DNA from: Chthoniobacterales bacterium
Lineage (GTDB): Bacteria; Verrucomicrobiota; Verrucomicrobiia; Chthoniobacterales; UBA10450
Assembly: GCA_013821455.1 (NCBI GenBank)
Contig: JACDGS010000013.1
Span: 16,904-80,903, forward strand
Reading direction: 5' to 3'
Length of the DNA stretch: 64,000 bases
In this document: positions 53,901 to 62,236 of the stretch, in pieces
Position numbering within the stretch: the first letter of the stretch is position 1
Layout of the letters: the number at the start of each line of letters is the position of its first letter
Notes under the pieces: generated by a model
What the model was told of the DNA's origin: nothing
Database searches by the model: none
What the model saw: only the letters and a program-made list of their open reading frames with translations
Program-made: the position numbers and the translations under genes

Positions 53901-56568
53901 CGGCGGGCGTTCCGATATTCGCGACTCCATCCGCAATGACGGGATCGCTTCCGATTACTACCTCGATCAGCCTAACATTATCGGCGCTAACAGCGTCCTT
54001 CGTTCCTACATCGGCCTAAGCGGGGATAATGATCGCGGCAAGAAAGTGAAGGTCGTTAGTCTGATTCATAGCAACCAGGCCATCCAGCCCGGCAGCACCA
54101 TGCAATCATTTATCAATAATAGCGCGAGCGGGGGCTACTATCGCGCCCTTGATGCGCACCAGGCCTTTGAGGTGCCGCTCACTCTGCACGTGACACCGAC
54201 CTTCGCCGCCGCGGTGCAATGGGCTAAGTCCGCCAGCCTCGGCGCGGATGACGGACCAGCCTTTAATACCCGCATCGGTAATCTTATTGGCAGCGGCACC
54301 ATCGACTTACTCGGCAGCACTTTCTCGGATCATCTTTTGGGTTACTACGACACGGCTTATAACAGTGACAACATTAGTCTCGCGCGCGATTTCCTCACTA
54401 GCTACTACGGGCACCTGCCCTCGCCCAATATCCTCTGGACGCCGGAACGCGCTTCCAGCTCGGCCATTCTGCAAAAGGTCGCTGACGCCGGATACACTTA
54501 TACCTTTGTCGATCAAATGCGGCATATCACGAAGTGGTTTGGCCGTACTTCCGCTCTGGGCGACGATGGTTATAGGATTAATGAGATCAACTCTACGAAT
54601 GCCTTTGTCATCAATGACAGCGCGAGCAGTTATCTCTTCCAGAGTTACGATAACGGCTCACCTATCCTCTCGCGCCAGCTCCTAAGTCGCATCGCGCGCA
54701 GTTCCACGCACGACCAGGTCGTCATTTTCATGAACGATTGGGAGAACTTCACCAACGTCACGAACGCGACGAACTACGATAAGAACATGCGCTGGCTCAG
54801 CAGCCGTCCCTGGATCGAGATGGTCACTCCCGATCAGATCGTTAACGGCACAATCGATACCGACGTGCCGCCCGACGGCACCGGCAATCAATGGGGCGTG
54901 GTCGATCGCGGGATTAACCTTACTTTGGCTAACGTCGCCAAAGACTATGTCGATCACGCTACGGAGGAGAACTACGATAATTGGTACAACGGCAGCAGCC
55001 TGGAAGAATCTCTCCGGGATAAGAAATTCAACATCCGCACGGGAGTCGCGCTGACTACGACTTATGGGACTGAGGGCGTGTCCGGCATCGCTAACTCTGC
55101 CTGGCAATCCGTCGCCGGCCTGGCCTCACTTCCCTCAACCATAGGTCTCAACACCTTGGCGCGTGCTACTCTGCATGCTTCGGCTTTTGAGACCGCCTTC
55201 CACGACGAGACCAGTAACGATCTGAGTAAGTATAGCACCGGCGCTTATATCTATCCGGATACCACTTTCCAGAACCTTGCTGGGTTCTCGAAAGCTGCAC
55301 AATCCAACACTCGCGAAGCTGCTATCTACGCCCGGGTGAACACTTGGTCGCAGGCGGCGACGAATGGGAGTTACAATAGCGCGGCGGTGTCGGAGCAGGC
55401 CGACCTCGATCTCGATGGTGAGAATGAGTATCTTCTTTATAACGACCGCTTCTTCGCCCTCTTCGAACGTCTCGGCGGTCGTATGACTGCGGCGTGGTTG
55501 CGCGACATTAATAGCGGCTATGTCACACAGGTGGCCGGCAACCTCGCGGGTAACAGTGGCTCTGAGACGGAAGAAGAAGGAACCACTAACACCAGCGGCG
55601 GCGCGGTCGTCGCCTATCGCACTTCCTGCTTTAAGGATTGGTATGCCAAGGTGACCAGTACGTCTACGACCGGCGTCTCTTATGCTAACAATCTTTATAG
55701 CGTGGTCGCCGCGCCTTCCGGTATTGGTTGGAAATTCACCAGCTCTGACGGGAAAGTGGTTAAGACGATTACGTTACCCACTGGTAAAGGACAGCTCAGC
55801 GCCAGTTACATACTGAGCGGCTACGCACAGTTGTATGTCCGCTTCGGGCTTTCGCCCGATCTGCTCGATTTGATGCAGGATGGCCAGAAATATCTCAGCA
55901 GCCTAACGAGCGATACGCAGGACGTGAACCTGTTCAATACGAACCCGAACCGGACCGTCCGCGCCTATCTCCGCTTTAACGCCACCGGCTTTAGCGGCGC
56001 GACTTTTAACTCCACCGCGACCGACCGCGATTCCGACGCCACCTATGACACGGTCGTCATGCGCAATCAGGCGCAAACCCAGCAGGTCGAAATGTTCGGC
56101 GGCACGAACATGACCTTCGGCCTCGGTTTCGAAACAGGCTCGACTTTGAGTTACGATAGCGATCACGACGGGTTACCGAACGCATGGGAAACGCAATACG
56201 GCCTCGACCCGAACGACGCCACCGGCAACAACGGCGCCAATGGCGATCAGGACGGCGATGGCCGCACTAACCTCCAGGAATACATCCTCGGGACTAACCC
56301 GACGGTGGCGGACTCCGCCCTCGCGAAACTAACGATAACTCGCACCTCGCCGACGACGGTGACGCTGAGTTTCCCCTCCGTGCGCGATCGCATTTACAAG
56401 ATCTCCTACACCTCCAGCCTAACGAACACAACCTGGGCTCAGGCCGGCGCGAACATTGCCGGCACTGGGAGCACCTTCACTTATACCGACGACGGCAGCG
56501 GCACCGGCTCTCCACCGACGACCGCGACGCCGCGCTTTTACAAACTCGATGTCAGCCTGGCCCCATAA
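47938..56568 (+). CDS. giant secreted multidomain glycoside hydrolase: N-terminal GH13 alpha-amylase domain, Ca-binding TSP3-like repeats, GH57-like domain, C-terminal beta-sandwich module
   Basis: 2876 aa with a signal peptide. GH13 regions I-IV: YLDNVMNHN, GLRLDAVKHV, MFGEHLGE, MHAQSHDN. Many D.D.DG..D..E repeats. Around residues 2050-2230, LIHSNQAIQ, PLTLHVTPTFAAAVQW and ILWTPERASS resemble GH57 motifs (less certain). Confidence 0.85.
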   Translation: MKSLAVRTLFFAALTAVTLAPASAPGEAMIQYFNTDWNEIAQKMPELAEAGYDSIWLPPPAKGSGGLSVGYDLFDRFDLGSKDQRGSISTRYGTESDLLRLIEVAHRFGIRIYLDNVMNHNAFDVPGYNASTPIDLYPGFVPEDFHLKLTQDGFYRKWDNIRDYNDVWQVQHLGLADLIDIAQEPGTTNENFGATEGSTFPKIKFVRQPNNPEYYCYKPDGTYVGFGTNNGLTTAILAANPGYYSEYVQDFLNRAARWEMDRTKADGLRLDAVKHVRSDFFGAVGNGKDYNDYGYLGQAQRQFNITRGFNDSRFNSTAQGSQVNLRESLFDTEKPRHNAMMFGEHLGEPPPYNDYFNVGMRLVDNVLRNNMNGILGNPSATLGGLDVDGGYGFASSLAVMHAQSHDNDYYVDRDLQHGLYLTRAGIGLIYTDGNHQAQTLGQSGGAFPRHANTNYLGQYSDPKIPNLLYIHNQFARGTQVGRYSDADFVAYERLDKRENTSMTDADGTTLLYLMNDNSAAGQGRTFNTAFAHTAGGSDTYLYNYSTYGAGFYTYASSIANGSVIVPPGGYFAFSWRNPEQSNLWSLGGGKPITILQAGLPTSTLTYLRVDGPDGDPNFNPYGVTGAVPGSYSYPYTIPRITNGSDLSFIARADGSAQSILLELDGGIDLNGTAPANNADPVGKRDYPPGLSTDVFLGYELPTYIDREGPEKFAAINTVRCTFGSAGAETYTGGGATVNGNGTNPQDSAAATFVYHDPNATISGWTGAPPGNQYVDNGSTLRVYAKTNAVGSGFRMFFYFTSDGTNPEGAGGVGIGTTKTAEMTFQANTTDGNDWWANPAISRPAGTIKYKIAIYKAAQPSQFPDSATSVGRKVNMLTTFQTAHFNATTATVFPHDDFAATQTGLSEGFHVLRARAFLNRAGRASIYNTFTQSFYYDAQAPQGEIAFPHEGDTIGGSGYGVVVRTDPSVTEVWYHIDDADTTNDDVNTHTQAGNGIGFEPFTDTNGNGIHDAGEPFTDLNGNGVWDGSIATTWVQATEVTPTPTIVSNYPREWRFNYSNIPSGSTAAHISVRLRELSSAAYKDFSMTDSAGHYTTLVRNITANGPVQKMFVAFPPTDGTLVDNTYVMKVWFSKSLADNTSTSDLINRFLIKIASSESGSPANGVAQSRTGYTINYNVTSDYDELAYTLPNLYNDQPDFLHTIDVTYTPPPGGAPLEAFRLVKAKAVPVIQDIIATPPEVDSDGLPYIITLPDVANPTPAQRSIPIQVQTDTTATNVTLTFTIGSGTTALNTGSPTIVGNTKFWDFTWSSVAAGNYTFVSTVTTPAGTATASRDATVVFRQMVAANPAKHDVDDDGLGVYGTALTPIETTAIPLPTTNSETWVNGDVHLWAISGKTNPLSPDTDGDIVSDGLELGWASAVDDTNTATDTNGDGVKNFQPDLDPPVYNTTDNSSAPTGYNYYSPWPYNLNNSRTDQIAGSVTDPNKADTEGDALNDGVEDVTYQVSGGSIPYLPIHNGRVDIGVPDINNVLHVIAHPPTVYNTSKVDRAKVLSVSPTAVWLETDPNNADTDGDNIIDGNEDLNHNGIVDLAVIDRNKTDTSGNYVVLATFSDFKQSVTVTGSVTGSTAQTFKYSDFCSTYVEPTNSQTYTSTALDKTKLNAFFRPSGAIRADKLDIIWLETDPRRYSTSGDALPDGWKLQHNLDPFDDGVIGDYNLHTGKAITTTTNGANGDPDGDGLTNLQEFLNGSDPQQAGTPPPPPPGAITIGPGATTTFGAAVNKHEFTDWGANDLIALDPYDGDGTNYNQGDVYHGGDGFDSSRDMVAFYAHDGGAIAGGGDGNFYFRVDMEDLQAYAEQGNLDIYVAINLGNPGTGEYNLPDQVDTGTSLGWQVVVASYQTDTGNVYVWDKNHATHSTAIGQDLTQFGVTTRNQNTANGFKKAYYNSDLDSVEFSISRQALLDAGWSGDPTTLLYQVFTTRDGTQDSPQGAGDIGGRSDIRDSIRNDGIASDYYLDQPNIIGANSVLRSYIGLSGDNDRGKKVKVVSLIHSNQAIQPGSTMQSFINNSASGGYYRALDAHQAFEVPLTLHVTPTFAAAVQWAKSASLGADDGPAFNTRIGNLIGSGTIDLLGSTFSDHLLGYYDTAYNSDNISLARDFLTSYYGHLPSPNILWTPERASSSAILQKVADAGYTYTFVDQMRHITKWFGRTSALGDDGYRINEINSTNAFVINDSASSYLFQSYDNGSPILSRQLLSRIARSSTHDQVVIFMNDWENFTNVTNATNYDKNMRWLSSRPWIEMVTPDQIVNGTIDTDVPPDGTGNQWGVVDRGINLTLANVAKDYVDHATEENYDNWYNGSSLEESLRDKKFNIRTGVALTTTYGTEGVSGIANSAWQSVAGLASLPSTIGLNTLARATLHASAFETAFHDETSNDLSKYSTGAYIYPDTTFQNLAGFSKAAQSNTREAAIYARVNTWSQAATNGSYNSAAVSEQADLDLDGENEYLLYNDRFFALFERLGGRMTAAWLRDINSGYVTQVAGNLAGNSGSETEEEGTTNTSGGAVVAYRTSCFKDWYAKVTSTSTTGVSYANNLYSVVAAPSGIGWKFTSSDGKVVKTITLPTGKGQLSASYILSGYAQLYVRFGLSPDLLDLMQDGQKYLSSLTSDTQDVNLFNTNPNRTVRAYLRFNATGFSGATFNSTATDRDSDATYDTVVMRNQAQTQQVEMFGGTNMTFGLGFETGSTLSYDSDHDGLPNAWETQYGLDPNDATGNNGANGDQDGDGRTNLQEYILGTNPTVADSALAKLTITRTSPTTVTLSFPSVRDRIYKISYTSSLTNTTWAQAGANIAGTGSTFTYTDDGSGTGSPPTTATPRFYKLDVSLAP

Positions 56569-56577
56569 GGCATCCGC

Positions 56578-59500
56578 ATGAAACGATCGCTTCCTACTCT
56601 TATTCTTGTCCTCGTTAGCTTTTTCGTTACCAGCGGTTTCGCCCAAACCCTCGGGAACGCTTGGCACATTCCGACTAACACTATTCCTAGTACCAGCACG
56701 ACCATGCGCTCACCGCTGAGTAGCATCGATCCGGGCGCGACGGTAACTATTTATAACGGCAATCAGTTTCAGGGTTCCGGCAATCCGGGTAACCAAAGTG
56801 GCGGCGCGGTCTTCTATAAGTCTGCCAGCGGCTCCTATGTCTCAGTGCCATTGGGTTTTTACAGCACGAGTGGGAACGATAAGTATTGGGTCGCGAGCTT
56901 TACCGCACCTTCTCCGGGGCCGGTGCAGTATTACCTCCAGATCAATTATACCGATCACACCACCACTTATCTCTACGGTACGGATTCCACCAGTAACGCG
57001 ACGGCTGACTCTAACTACGCGAGCACGCACCCTTATATCTTCAATACCACTCCGACCCTTACGGTGAACGGAGTCAGCGCGAACTACACCACCGAACACG
57101 TCTATGTGGACGAGATTGCGGGTGACTCAGTTTCCTATTCGGTCGTTTTTAGCCCGGATGCGGTGAATGTCGATCCTACCACCGTCCAGGTTTATACGAA
57201 TCTCAATCGCCGTGACTACGCGATGCTGCCTTACACCGACGCGAATGGCATCGCGACGGAAGAGGGAATTTATCCGCCCAGCGGCGACGTGGTGGGCACA
57301 AACGACAGTCACTATTACAAGGCCTACACCATGACTGCGAGCGGCGGGCAATACACTCTTACCCTTAACTCTGCCAACGCCGGTCTCGCGCGCACGGGTG
57401 CCTACCGCATGACCGCGCGCTATCGCCTGACTGGCAGCAGTACTTGGATTTATTACACGTCCAATGGCCGCCGTGACCATGCCATCGTGGTCTCGCCGGT
57501 GACGGCGCGAAACCTTAGTCTTTATGAGGCGAACGTCCTAAACATCGACGCCAGCGGCGATCAGATGGCGCAGCGCAGCACCTTCGCGGATCTGCATGAT
57601 AGCTCCAAGCGCTGGAATCTCGACTATGTGAAGAACCTCGGGAGTAACTTCATCTGGTTCCAACCTATCCATCCTAATGGCATCGACGGACGTCAGACCG
57701 ATCCTAACACGGGTTTGCCTTTTACCGTGGGAAGTCCTTATGCGGTGAAGAACTTCTTCGATGTCATGGAACTAATGGGCAAGGATAACACTCGACCCAC
57801 CGCGATGAGTGAATTCCAAGGCTTCGTCTCGGCTTCCGATACGGCGAGCGTTGGGATCATGCTCGACGCGCCTTTCAATCACACCTCTTATGATGTGGAA
57901 TTGGCGGATCAAGGTGTGGCGTTGATCAAGCCTGGGTCCACTAGTCTAACTCAAATCCGCAGCGCTGAAGCGCGCTTCTTCTCCCATGGCGATCTCTTTA
58001 ACATCGCGAACAATAACTATTGCACGCGCGCCGCCAGCGCGACGGACATCGCGCCCGCACCGGATCGCAACGACTTTGGCAAGTTCGGCGATACTTTCGA
58101 CATCTACTTTGGCCAATACTCAGCCTTGGTCTGCCAGAATAATCAGGACAACAATAACTACCTTAATGAAAACGATGTCTTTCAATACGGAGATACGGCT
58201 TGGAATAGCGTCGATTTCACGGTGGGTAGCGTGAAGAATAACATCACGCGCAACGGCTGGCGCTACTTCGCCAGCTATATCCCCTATTGGTTAATCCAAA
58301 CTGGTCATAGCGGCGTTAATAGCACTGCCGCCGATGGCAACGCTGCCACACGTCTCGCCCTCGATAGCAAAGGGATCGATGCCTTACGCGCGGACTTTGG
58401 CCAGGGTCTGCCGCCGCAGGCTTGGGAATACATCATCAACGTCGCGCGGAGTCATAAGTGGAATTTTGTTTTCATGACTGAGTCACTTGATGGTGGCGCG
58501 GTAACTTATCGCTCGGCCCGGCACTTCGATATCCTGAACGAGAACATTATCTTCCCTTTTCAAGGGGCGACACAGACGAGTGACTACCGCGCCATCTTTG
58601 ATTCCCGGCGCAGCGCCTACGGCCAGGGTCTTGTCTTACTTAACTCTACTTCGCACGACGAACAGAATTACGCCGACCCTTACCAGGCACTCATCCGCTA
58701 CGGTGTCAGTAACACGATCGACGGCGCGCCTATGATCTTCTATGGCCAGGAGAATGGTATCTCGACCAGCTTCGGCTTCAGTCACTACGAAGTAAACTTC
58801 GGTAAATACATTCCGCACTTCAAAGTCTTTAATGACCTGGGGCCTATCATTGGCAACCAGACTTATGGCTTGCAGCAGCTCTTCCCTGTTTACGCGGCGA
58901 TGGGTCAGGCCCGGCAATTCAGCCCCGCGCTGCGCAGCTCGAATCGCTACTATCTCAACCAGCCCGACGGAAGCGCGCAAACAAAGATTTTCTCCGTAGC
59001 GAAATACGAATCCGCCAATGCCTCACCCGCGCAGACAGATGTGGTCTTCGGCTTCATGAACCTCGATCGCGATAACGATCAGAGCGGCAATTTTAACGTC
59101 AACATCACCCAGAACAGCGCGAACCTTTTCGGCGTCAAGCGCGGACGTACTTATGATGTGCGCAACGTGGCTGCTTATACCGCGATCGATCCGAATAGGC
59201 GGACTTACTTTCTTAATCGCAAGACCGGCGACCAATTGCTCGACGGCGGCCTGTTCGTCGGCATGAAGAAGGTGCCATCCGTAGATGCCAACTGGGCCAC
59301 AGCGCCTTTCGAGGCGCAGTATCTCAAGCTCTATGATGTCACCGCGCCAACTGGTACGCCGGGAGTCGCCGCTCCTTCTAACGTATATGGCTATGTCGTT
59401 GGCAACACCGCGACCTTGCACTGGACGGCCGCGGCGCCGGATAGCGAAGGGATTGTTCCCACCTACAAAATCAGCGTTACGATTAACGGTAACACCACGA

Positions 59501-59934
59501 CCTACTTCACGAGTGGAACCACGCTTTCCTTCTCCGTTACCCCGGGCCAGACACTAAATGTCACGGTGCAAGCAGTGAATCCTAACGATACGAATGTGGG
59601 TGGCGCAACAAGCGCGCCGGCGACAATCAAGGTTATCGATCCCGTAGGCGACGACGACGGCGACGGCATGACGAACTCCGCCGAAGATATGGCTGCGACC
59701 AATCCTTTCAGCAGTAACTCCATCCTGCGAGTAACCGATATCACGCGGACATCGACGACTGTTTCAGTTACCTGGAGTTCAGTCGCGGGCAAGGTTTACC
59801 AATTAGAATCCTCCTCCACGGTAAGCGGCACATATCTATCCATCGGCTCACCGATGACTGCTAGCGGATCAAGCACGAGCGAAAGCGTAGCAAATGCGAC
59901 ACCAGCCTTCTACCGCGTCCGCGTAGTCCAATAA
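56578..59934 (+). CDS. secreted GH13-family alpha-glucan-active enzyme with FN3-like and C-terminal beta-sandwich modules
   Basis: 1118 aa with a signal peptide. GH13 regions: LDAPFNHTS, GIDALRADFGQG, FVFMTESLD, LNSTSHDEQ. The C-terminus is homologous to the C-terminus of the 2876-aa protein. Confidence 0.8.
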   Translation: MKRSLPTLILVLVSFFVTSGFAQTLGNAWHIPTNTIPSTSTTMRSPLSSIDPGATVTIYNGNQFQGSGNPGNQSGGAVFYKSASGSYVSVPLGFYSTSGNDKYWVASFTAPSPGPVQYYLQINYTDHTTTYLYGTDSTSNATADSNYASTHPYIFNTTPTLTVNGVSANYTTEHVYVDEIAGDSVSYSVVFSPDAVNVDPTTVQVYTNLNRRDYAMLPYTDANGIATEEGIYPPSGDVVGTNDSHYYKAYTMTASGGQYTLTLNSANAGLARTGAYRMTARYRLTGSSTWIYYTSNGRRDHAIVVSPVTARNLSLYEANVLNIDASGDQMAQRSTFADLHDSSKRWNLDYVKNLGSNFIWFQPIHPNGIDGRQTDPNTGLPFTVGSPYAVKNFFDVMELMGKDNTRPTAMSEFQGFVSASDTASVGIMLDAPFNHTSYDVELADQGVALIKPGSTSLTQIRSAEARFFSHGDLFNIANNNYCTRAASATDIAPAPDRNDFGKFGDTFDIYFGQYSALVCQNNQDNNNYLNENDVFQYGDTAWNSVDFTVGSVKNNITRNGWRYFASYIPYWLIQTGHSGVNSTAADGNAATRLALDSKGIDALRADFGQGLPPQAWEYIINVARSHKWNFVFMTESLDGGAVTYRSARHFDILNENIIFPFQGATQTSDYRAIFDSRRSAYGQGLVLLNSTSHDEQNYADPYQALIRYGVSNTIDGAPMIFYGQENGISTSFGFSHYEVNFGKYIPHFKVFNDLGPIIGNQTYGLQQLFPVYAAMGQARQFSPALRSSNRYYLNQPDGSAQTKIFSVAKYESANASPAQTDVVFGFMNLDRDNDQSGNFNVNITQNSANLFGVKRGRTYDVRNVAAYTAIDPNRRTYFLNRKTGDQLLDGGLFVGMKKVPSVDANWATAPFEAQYLKLYDVTAPTGTPGVAAPSNVYGYVVGNTATLHWTAAAPDSEGIVPTYKISVTINGNTTTYFTSGTTLSFSVTPGQTLNVTVQAVNPNDTNVGGATSAPATIKVIDPVGDDDGDGMTNSAEDMAATNPFSSNSILRVTDITRTSTTVSVTWSSVAGKVYQLESSSTVSGTYLSIGSPMTASGSSTSESVANATPAFYRVRVVQ

Positions 59935-59942
59935 CCGCCACC

Positions 59943-59981
59943 TTGTCATCCTGAGCGAAGCGCAGCGAAGTCGAAGGATCC
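59943..59981. repeat. solo half-copy of the GTCATCC element
   Basis: ttgtcatcctgagcgaagcgcagcgaagtcgaaggatcc matches the left arm of 47447..47584. No matching right arm in the next 100 nt. Confidence 0.6.
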
Positions 59982-60055
59982 CGCCACCGAACGAGAAGCC
60001 TTCGCACGCAATACGTCCACTCTAAGAATCGCGATCGCGAGCTAATCAAATTGCG

Positions 60056-61972
60056 TTGCCCGCGACGAAGCTTTCCGACAAAGTGAATGCCGGAATCCCT
60101 ATGCTGAAAACACTCTCCCTCGCCGCCTTCCTCACGCTTCTACTGCCCGCTGCTTTTGCTGAGTCACCCAAGTCTTTCCCGGAAGACCAGGGCGTCACGC
60201 TCGAGCAACTGCAACCTGCTCCCGCCTGGGCGTCGGAGGCAGTCTTCTACCAAATCTTCCCTACTCGCTTTCGTAACGGCGACCCCAAGAACGATCCTAC
60301 ACGCGACACTCTCGAGATACCGATCAAAGCACCTAACGACTGGCATACTTCCTCCTGGACCGCGGATTGGTATGCGCGCGATGACTGGGAGAAGGAAATG
60401 GGACCCGACTTCTATGATAGCGTTTTCGATCGACGCTACGGCGGAGACCTGCAGGGGGTGCTCGATAAGCTCGACTACTTGAGCGATCTCGGGATTAACT
60501 GCATCTACTTCAATCCTATCTTTTACTCTCGCTCGCTCCACAAATACGACGGTAACTCCTACCACCATATCGACCCGAATTTCGGTCCCGATCCTAAGGG
60601 CGACCTCGCGCTCATCGAGAAGGAAACGGCTGATCCTTCTACCTGGAAGTGGACCGCGGCAGACAAGCTCTTCCTTAAGCTGATCAAGGAAGCGCATAGC
60701 CGCAAAATCCGGGTCATCATCGACGGCGTCTTCAATCACACCGGGCGCGATTTCTTTGCCTTCCAAAACCTGCGCAAGAACCAGGCGAAATCGCCTTATA
60801 AGGACTGGTATGTGGTCAGTAGCTTCGACAATCCGGCGACGAAGCGGAATGAGTTCAATTACAAAGGCTGGTGGGGTCATGCGACGCTGCCCGTTTTCGC
60901 CGCCTCGGCCGATGGCAAGGATATGTTTGCCGGGCCTAAGAACTACATCATGCAGGCGACGAAACGCTGGATGCTGCCGGATGGGAAAGATCCGTCGTTA
61001 GGCATCGATGGCTGGCGGCTCGACGTCGCGGATGAGCGGCCGGCGAAATTCTGGGCGGATTGGAACGCTTTTGTGCGCAAATGCAATCCCGAGGCCTACA
61101 CCACAGCGGAGATCTGGCACGATGCCGCCGCGCTGGTGAAGGATGGGGGCTTCTCCGCGGCGATGAATTACAACGCCTTTACCATCCCGGTGAAAGGCTT
61201 TCTTATCGATGACAACATCGGTCCATCGAAATTTGTCAGCCTAACGAATGAAAGACGGGAAAGTTTTCCCGCTCCTGTCGCCTATGTCATGCAGAACCTG
61301 ATGGGCTCCCACGATACCGACCGCCTCGCCTCCATGATCGTGAACGGTGAAGGCACGCCATACGTTAACGGCCAGATTTCCTTTAACGACAACGCGGACG
61401 CGCATTCCTCGAAGACCTACAAAATCCGCAAGCCTAACGACCGTGAGCACGAAATTCAGCGGCTGGTCGTGCTCTTCCAGATGACCTACGTCGGCGCACC
61501 GATGATTTATTACGGCGATGAGGCCGGCATGTGGGGCGGCCATGATCCCGACGATCGCATGCCGATGGTGTGGGCGGATTTGAAATACGATCCCCAGGCG
61601 ATCGATCCGCGCGGGGACGAGCGCGAGGCGGATGATGTAAATTTTAATCGGGAGGTTTTCGATTACTACAAAAGCGCGGTGGCTTTGCGGCGCGAGCACG
61701 ATGCGCTCAACCATGGCGACTACAGCGTCGTCTTCCAGGATAACGATCACGATTCACTCGCGTTCGTTAGGCGCAGCGACAAGGAGAAGCTGCTCGTGGC
61801 ATTCAATCGGAGCAGTGAAGCTGCGACGCTGGGGATGAATTTTCCGCATCGTAAGGCCAAGCCGATCTTCGTCACCAAGGGTGATTTGTCGGGCGTGCAG
61901 GCGGACGATTCGGGCAATGCACTTGATCTGAAATTGCCTCCTCTAACAGGCGTGGTTCTCTCTTTCGAGTAA
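60056..61972 (+). CDS. GH13 alpha-amylase-family enzyme (neopullulanase/cyclomaltodextrinase-like), secreted
   Basis: VFYQIFPTRFRNGDPKND, GGDLQGVLDKLDYLSDLGINCIYFNPIF, IDGVFNHTG, GWRLDVADE, AEIWH, GSHDTDR. The likely start is ATG 60101 (MLKTLSLAAFLTLLLPAAFA). Confidence 0.9.
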   Translation: MPATKLSDKVNAGIPMLKTLSLAAFLTLLLPAAFAESPKSFPEDQGVTLEQLQPAPAWASEAVFYQIFPTRFRNGDPKNDPTRDTLEIPIKAPNDWHTSSWTADWYARDDWEKEMGPDFYDSVFDRRYGGDLQGVLDKLDYLSDLGINCIYFNPIFYSRSLHKYDGNSYHHIDPNFGPDPKGDLALIEKETADPSTWKWTAADKLFLKLIKEAHSRKIRVIIDGVFNHTGRDFFAFQNLRKNQAKSPYKDWYVVSSFDNPATKRNEFNYKGWWGHATLPVFAASADGKDMFAGPKNYIMQATKRWMLPDGKDPSLGIDGWRLDVADERPAKFWADWNAFVRKCNPEAYTTAEIWHDAAALVKDGGFSAAMNYNAFTIPVKGFLIDDNIGPSKFVSLTNERRESFPAPVAYVMQNLMGSHDTDRLASMIVNGEGTPYVNGQISFNDNADAHSSKTYKIRKPNDREHEIQRLVVLFQMTYVGAPMIYYGDEAGMWGGHDPDDRMPMVWADLKYDPQAIDPRGDEREADDVNFNREVFDYYKSAVALRREHDALNHGDYSVVFQDNDHDSLAFVRRSDKEKLLVAFNRSSEAATLGMNFPHRKAKPIFVTKGDLSGVQADDSGNALDLKLPPLTGVVLSFE

Positions 61973-61990
61973 CCGGGGATAGAAAGTTCC

Positions 61991-62135
61991 GGGGAGCACG
62001 GGCTGTTAGCCCGTTGGCGATGGGAGTCTCCCATCGCGAACTTTTTTTGCGCCTAATCAATCGAGAGACCTTCGCCCAGCAAAAGTTCGTCGGCGGAGAC
62101 TCCGCCAACCAACGGGCTGACAGCCCGTGCTCCCC
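61991..62135. repeat. nested-hairpin palindromic intergenic element (GGGGAG...CTCCCC family), copy 3
   Basis: ggggagcacgggctgttagcccgttgg (61991..62017) and ccaacgggctgacagcccgtgctcccc (62109..62135) are reverse complements with 1 mismatch. Inner hairpins at 62018..62036 and 62092..62106. Lies just 3' of the GH13 gene. Confidence 0.85.
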
Positions 62136-62236
62136 AAAGTCTCCGCTCTGCGCTTTAATTAGGAACCCAGAGGCATTTCTGCGCTCGACTTTCATCCGAC
62201 GCGCTCTCACCCTGCCCGCCCGGAGGTTAAATCATC

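Noticed and set aside
60164-60880. 238-aa minus-strand ORF
   Set aside because: Antisense to the neopullulanase-like GH13 gene, which has all four catalytic regions.
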